A model generated the notes under the pieces. That model was given only the letters and a program-made list of their open reading frames with translations. It had not been told where the DNA came from and did no database searches. Positions 8,423-10,880 of a stretch of DNA of 10,880 nucleotides are shown here, piece by piece. Each line of letters starts with the position of its first letter. The stretch's first letter is position 1. A program made the translations under genes and the position numbers. The DNA is from Octopus sinensis (lineage: Eukaryota): positions 1 through 10,880 of the forward strand of contig NW_021826548.1 in NCBI RefSeq assembly GCF_006345805.1, read 5' to 3'.

Positions 8423-10670
8423 TTATATAATAGATTGCGTAATAAATTAGGTAATATATTATGTAATTTGGAGAGGTCCCTTGATGTGAAGATACGAGGG
8501 TACTTGAGATTATGTAATAGATTGCGTAATAAATTGCGTAATATATTATGCAATTATGGGAGGTGCCAAGATGTGAAGATACGAGGGTACTTGAGATTAG
8601 TAATAGATTGCGTAATAAATTGCGTAATATATTATGTAATTTGGAGAGGTCCCTTGATGTGAAGATACGAGGGTACTTGAAATTTGTAATTGATTGCGTA
8701 ATAAGTTGCGTAAATATATGCAATTTTATGATGTGCAATGTGAAGATACAGGGTACTTGAGATTATGTAATAGATTGCGTAATAAATTATGTAATATATT
8801 ATGTAATTGTGGAAGTCTCTAGATTTAAGTATATGAGGGTACTTGAGATTATGTAATAAATTGCGTAATAAATTGCGTAATATATTATGCAATTTTGGGA
8901 GGTGCCAAGATGTGAAGATACGAGGGTACTTGAGATTATGTAATAGATTGCGTAATAAATTGCGTAATATATTATGCAATTTTGGGAGGTGCCAAGATGT
9001 GAAGATATGAGGATACTCGAGATTATTTAATAGATAGCGTCATATATTGCGTAATATATTATGTAATTTGTGGAAGTCTCTAGATTTATGTATATGAGGG
9101 TACTTGAGATTATTAAATAAATTATGTAATAAATTGCTTAATATATAATGCTATTTGGGGAGTTCCCAAGATTTAGTGATACGAGGGTACTTGAGATTAT
9201 GTAAAGATTGCGTCATATATTGCGTAATATATTATGCAATTTGTGGAAGTCTCTAGATTTATGTATATGAGGGTACTTGAGATTATGTAATAGATTGCGT
9301 AATAAATTGCGTAATATATTATGCAATTTTGGGAGGTGCCAAGATGTGAAGATACGAGGGTACTTGAGATTATGTAATAGATTGCGTAATAAATTGCGTA
9401 ATATATTATGCAATTTTGGGATGTGCCAAGATGTGAAGATACGAGGGTACTTGAGATTATGTAATAGATTGCGTCATATATTGCGTAATATATTATGTAA
9501 TTTGGAAGTTTCTAGAATTATGTATATGAGGGTACTGAGATTATGTAATTAATTGCGTAATAAATTGCGTAATAATTATGCAATTTTGGGAGGTGCCAAG
9601 ATGTGAAGATACGAGGGTACTTGAGATTATGTAATAGATTGCGTAATAATTGCGTAATATATTATGCATTTTTTGGGGTGCCAAGATATGAAGATATGAG
9701 AAAACTTGAGATTATGTAATAGATTGCGTAATAAATTAGGTATATATTATGTAATTTATAGAGGTACCTTGATGTGAAGATACGAGGATACTTGAGATTA
9801 TGTAATAGATTGCATAATAAATTAGGTAATATATTATGCAATTTTGGGAGGTGCTAAGATGTGAAGATACGAGGGTACTTGAGATTATGTAATAGATTGC
9901 TTCATATATTGCGTAATATATTATGTAATTTGTGGAAGTCTCTAGATTTAAGTATATGAGGGTACTTGAGATTATTAAATAAATTATGTAATAAATTGCG
10001 TAATATATAATGCTATTTGGGGAGTTCCCAAGATTTAGTGATACGAGGGTACTTGAGATTATGTAAATTATGTAAAGATTGCGTCATATATTGCGTAATA
10101 TATTATGCAATTTGTGGAAGTCTCTAGATTTATGTATATGAGGGTTATTGAGATTATGTAATAGATTGCGTAATAAATTGCGTAATTTGGAGTGGTCCCT
10201 TGATGTGAAGATACGAGGGTACTTGAGATTATGTAAAGATTGCGTCATATATTGCCTAATATATTATGCAATTTGTGGAAGTCTCTAGATTTATGTATAT
10301 GAGGGTACTTGAAATTATGTAATAGATTGCGTAATAAATTGCGTAATATATTATGCAATTTTGGGAGGTGCCAAGATGTGAAGATACGAGGGTACTTGAG
10401 ATTATGTAATAGATTGCGTAATAAATTGCGTAATATATTATGCAATTTTGGGATGTGCCAAGATGTGAAGATACGAGGGTACTTGAGATTATGTAATAGA
10501 TTGCGTCATATATTGCGTAATATATTATGTAATTTTGTGAAGTCTCTAGAATTATGTATATGAGGGTACTTGAGATTATGTAATAAAGTGCGTAATAAAT
10601 TGCGTAATATATTATGCAATTTTGGGAGGTTCCAAGATGTGAAGATACGAGGGTACTTGAGATTATGTAA
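8423..10670. repeat. 87-bp tandem satellite, segment 4
   Basis: Same monomer. It resumes exactly where the monomer at 6577-6645 was interrupted. Confidence 0.97.
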
Positions 10671-10880
10671 GATTGGAAAGTACAGAAGCTCTCGGAACGG
10701 TATCTGTTCACTCCCATCGCCGTCGAAACTTCCGGCGTCATCGGCGAAAAGTCTCTTTCCTTTCTAAAAAAGCTTGCCGCATGATCTCCCATAAACGGGG
10801 AGACCCACGCGAGTCCAAGTGGCTTTTCGAAAGGATTTCCTTGGCCATAGTACGTGGAAACTGTGTTTCCATTTACGATG
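10671..10880 (+). mobile_element. 5'-truncated 3' end of a CRE-like non-LTR retrotransposon, copy 4 (cut by window edge)
   Basis: Near-identical to 6299-6510 with the same 5' junction TTATGTAA|GATTGGAAAG. Confidence 0.8.

Overview
This looks like eukaryotic repetitive DNA rather than a prokaryotic locus. About 8.1 kb of the window is an AT-rich tandem satellite with an 87-bp monomer (roughly 90 copies). Each monomer has four 12-bp subrepeats, which contain a 26-bp near-palindrome, plus a ~30-bp segment that occurs in a few recurring variants. The variants form kb-scale higher-order blocks. Two kinds of mobile DNA interrupt the array. (1) Four copies of the same ~275-bp 5'-truncated 3' end of a CRE-like non-LTR retrotransposon (C-terminus of the restriction-like endonuclease region, short UTR, poly(A)). 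All copies share their junctions, so this is one insertion amplified with the satellite. (2) One 1,777-bp DNA transposon (6646-8422) with TGT...ACA ends, 34-bp TIRs and a 5-bp TTATA target-site duplication, with empty sites visible in the sister blocks. Its minus strand encodes a retroviral-type DD35E integrase (Ginger-like, KRBA2/SCAND3-like) that the ORF track misses. The gene appears split by five tiny 23-28-nt GT-AG introns and about ten 1-nt frameshifts. Nearly all listed ORFs are artefacts of the 87-bp (29-codon) repeat.
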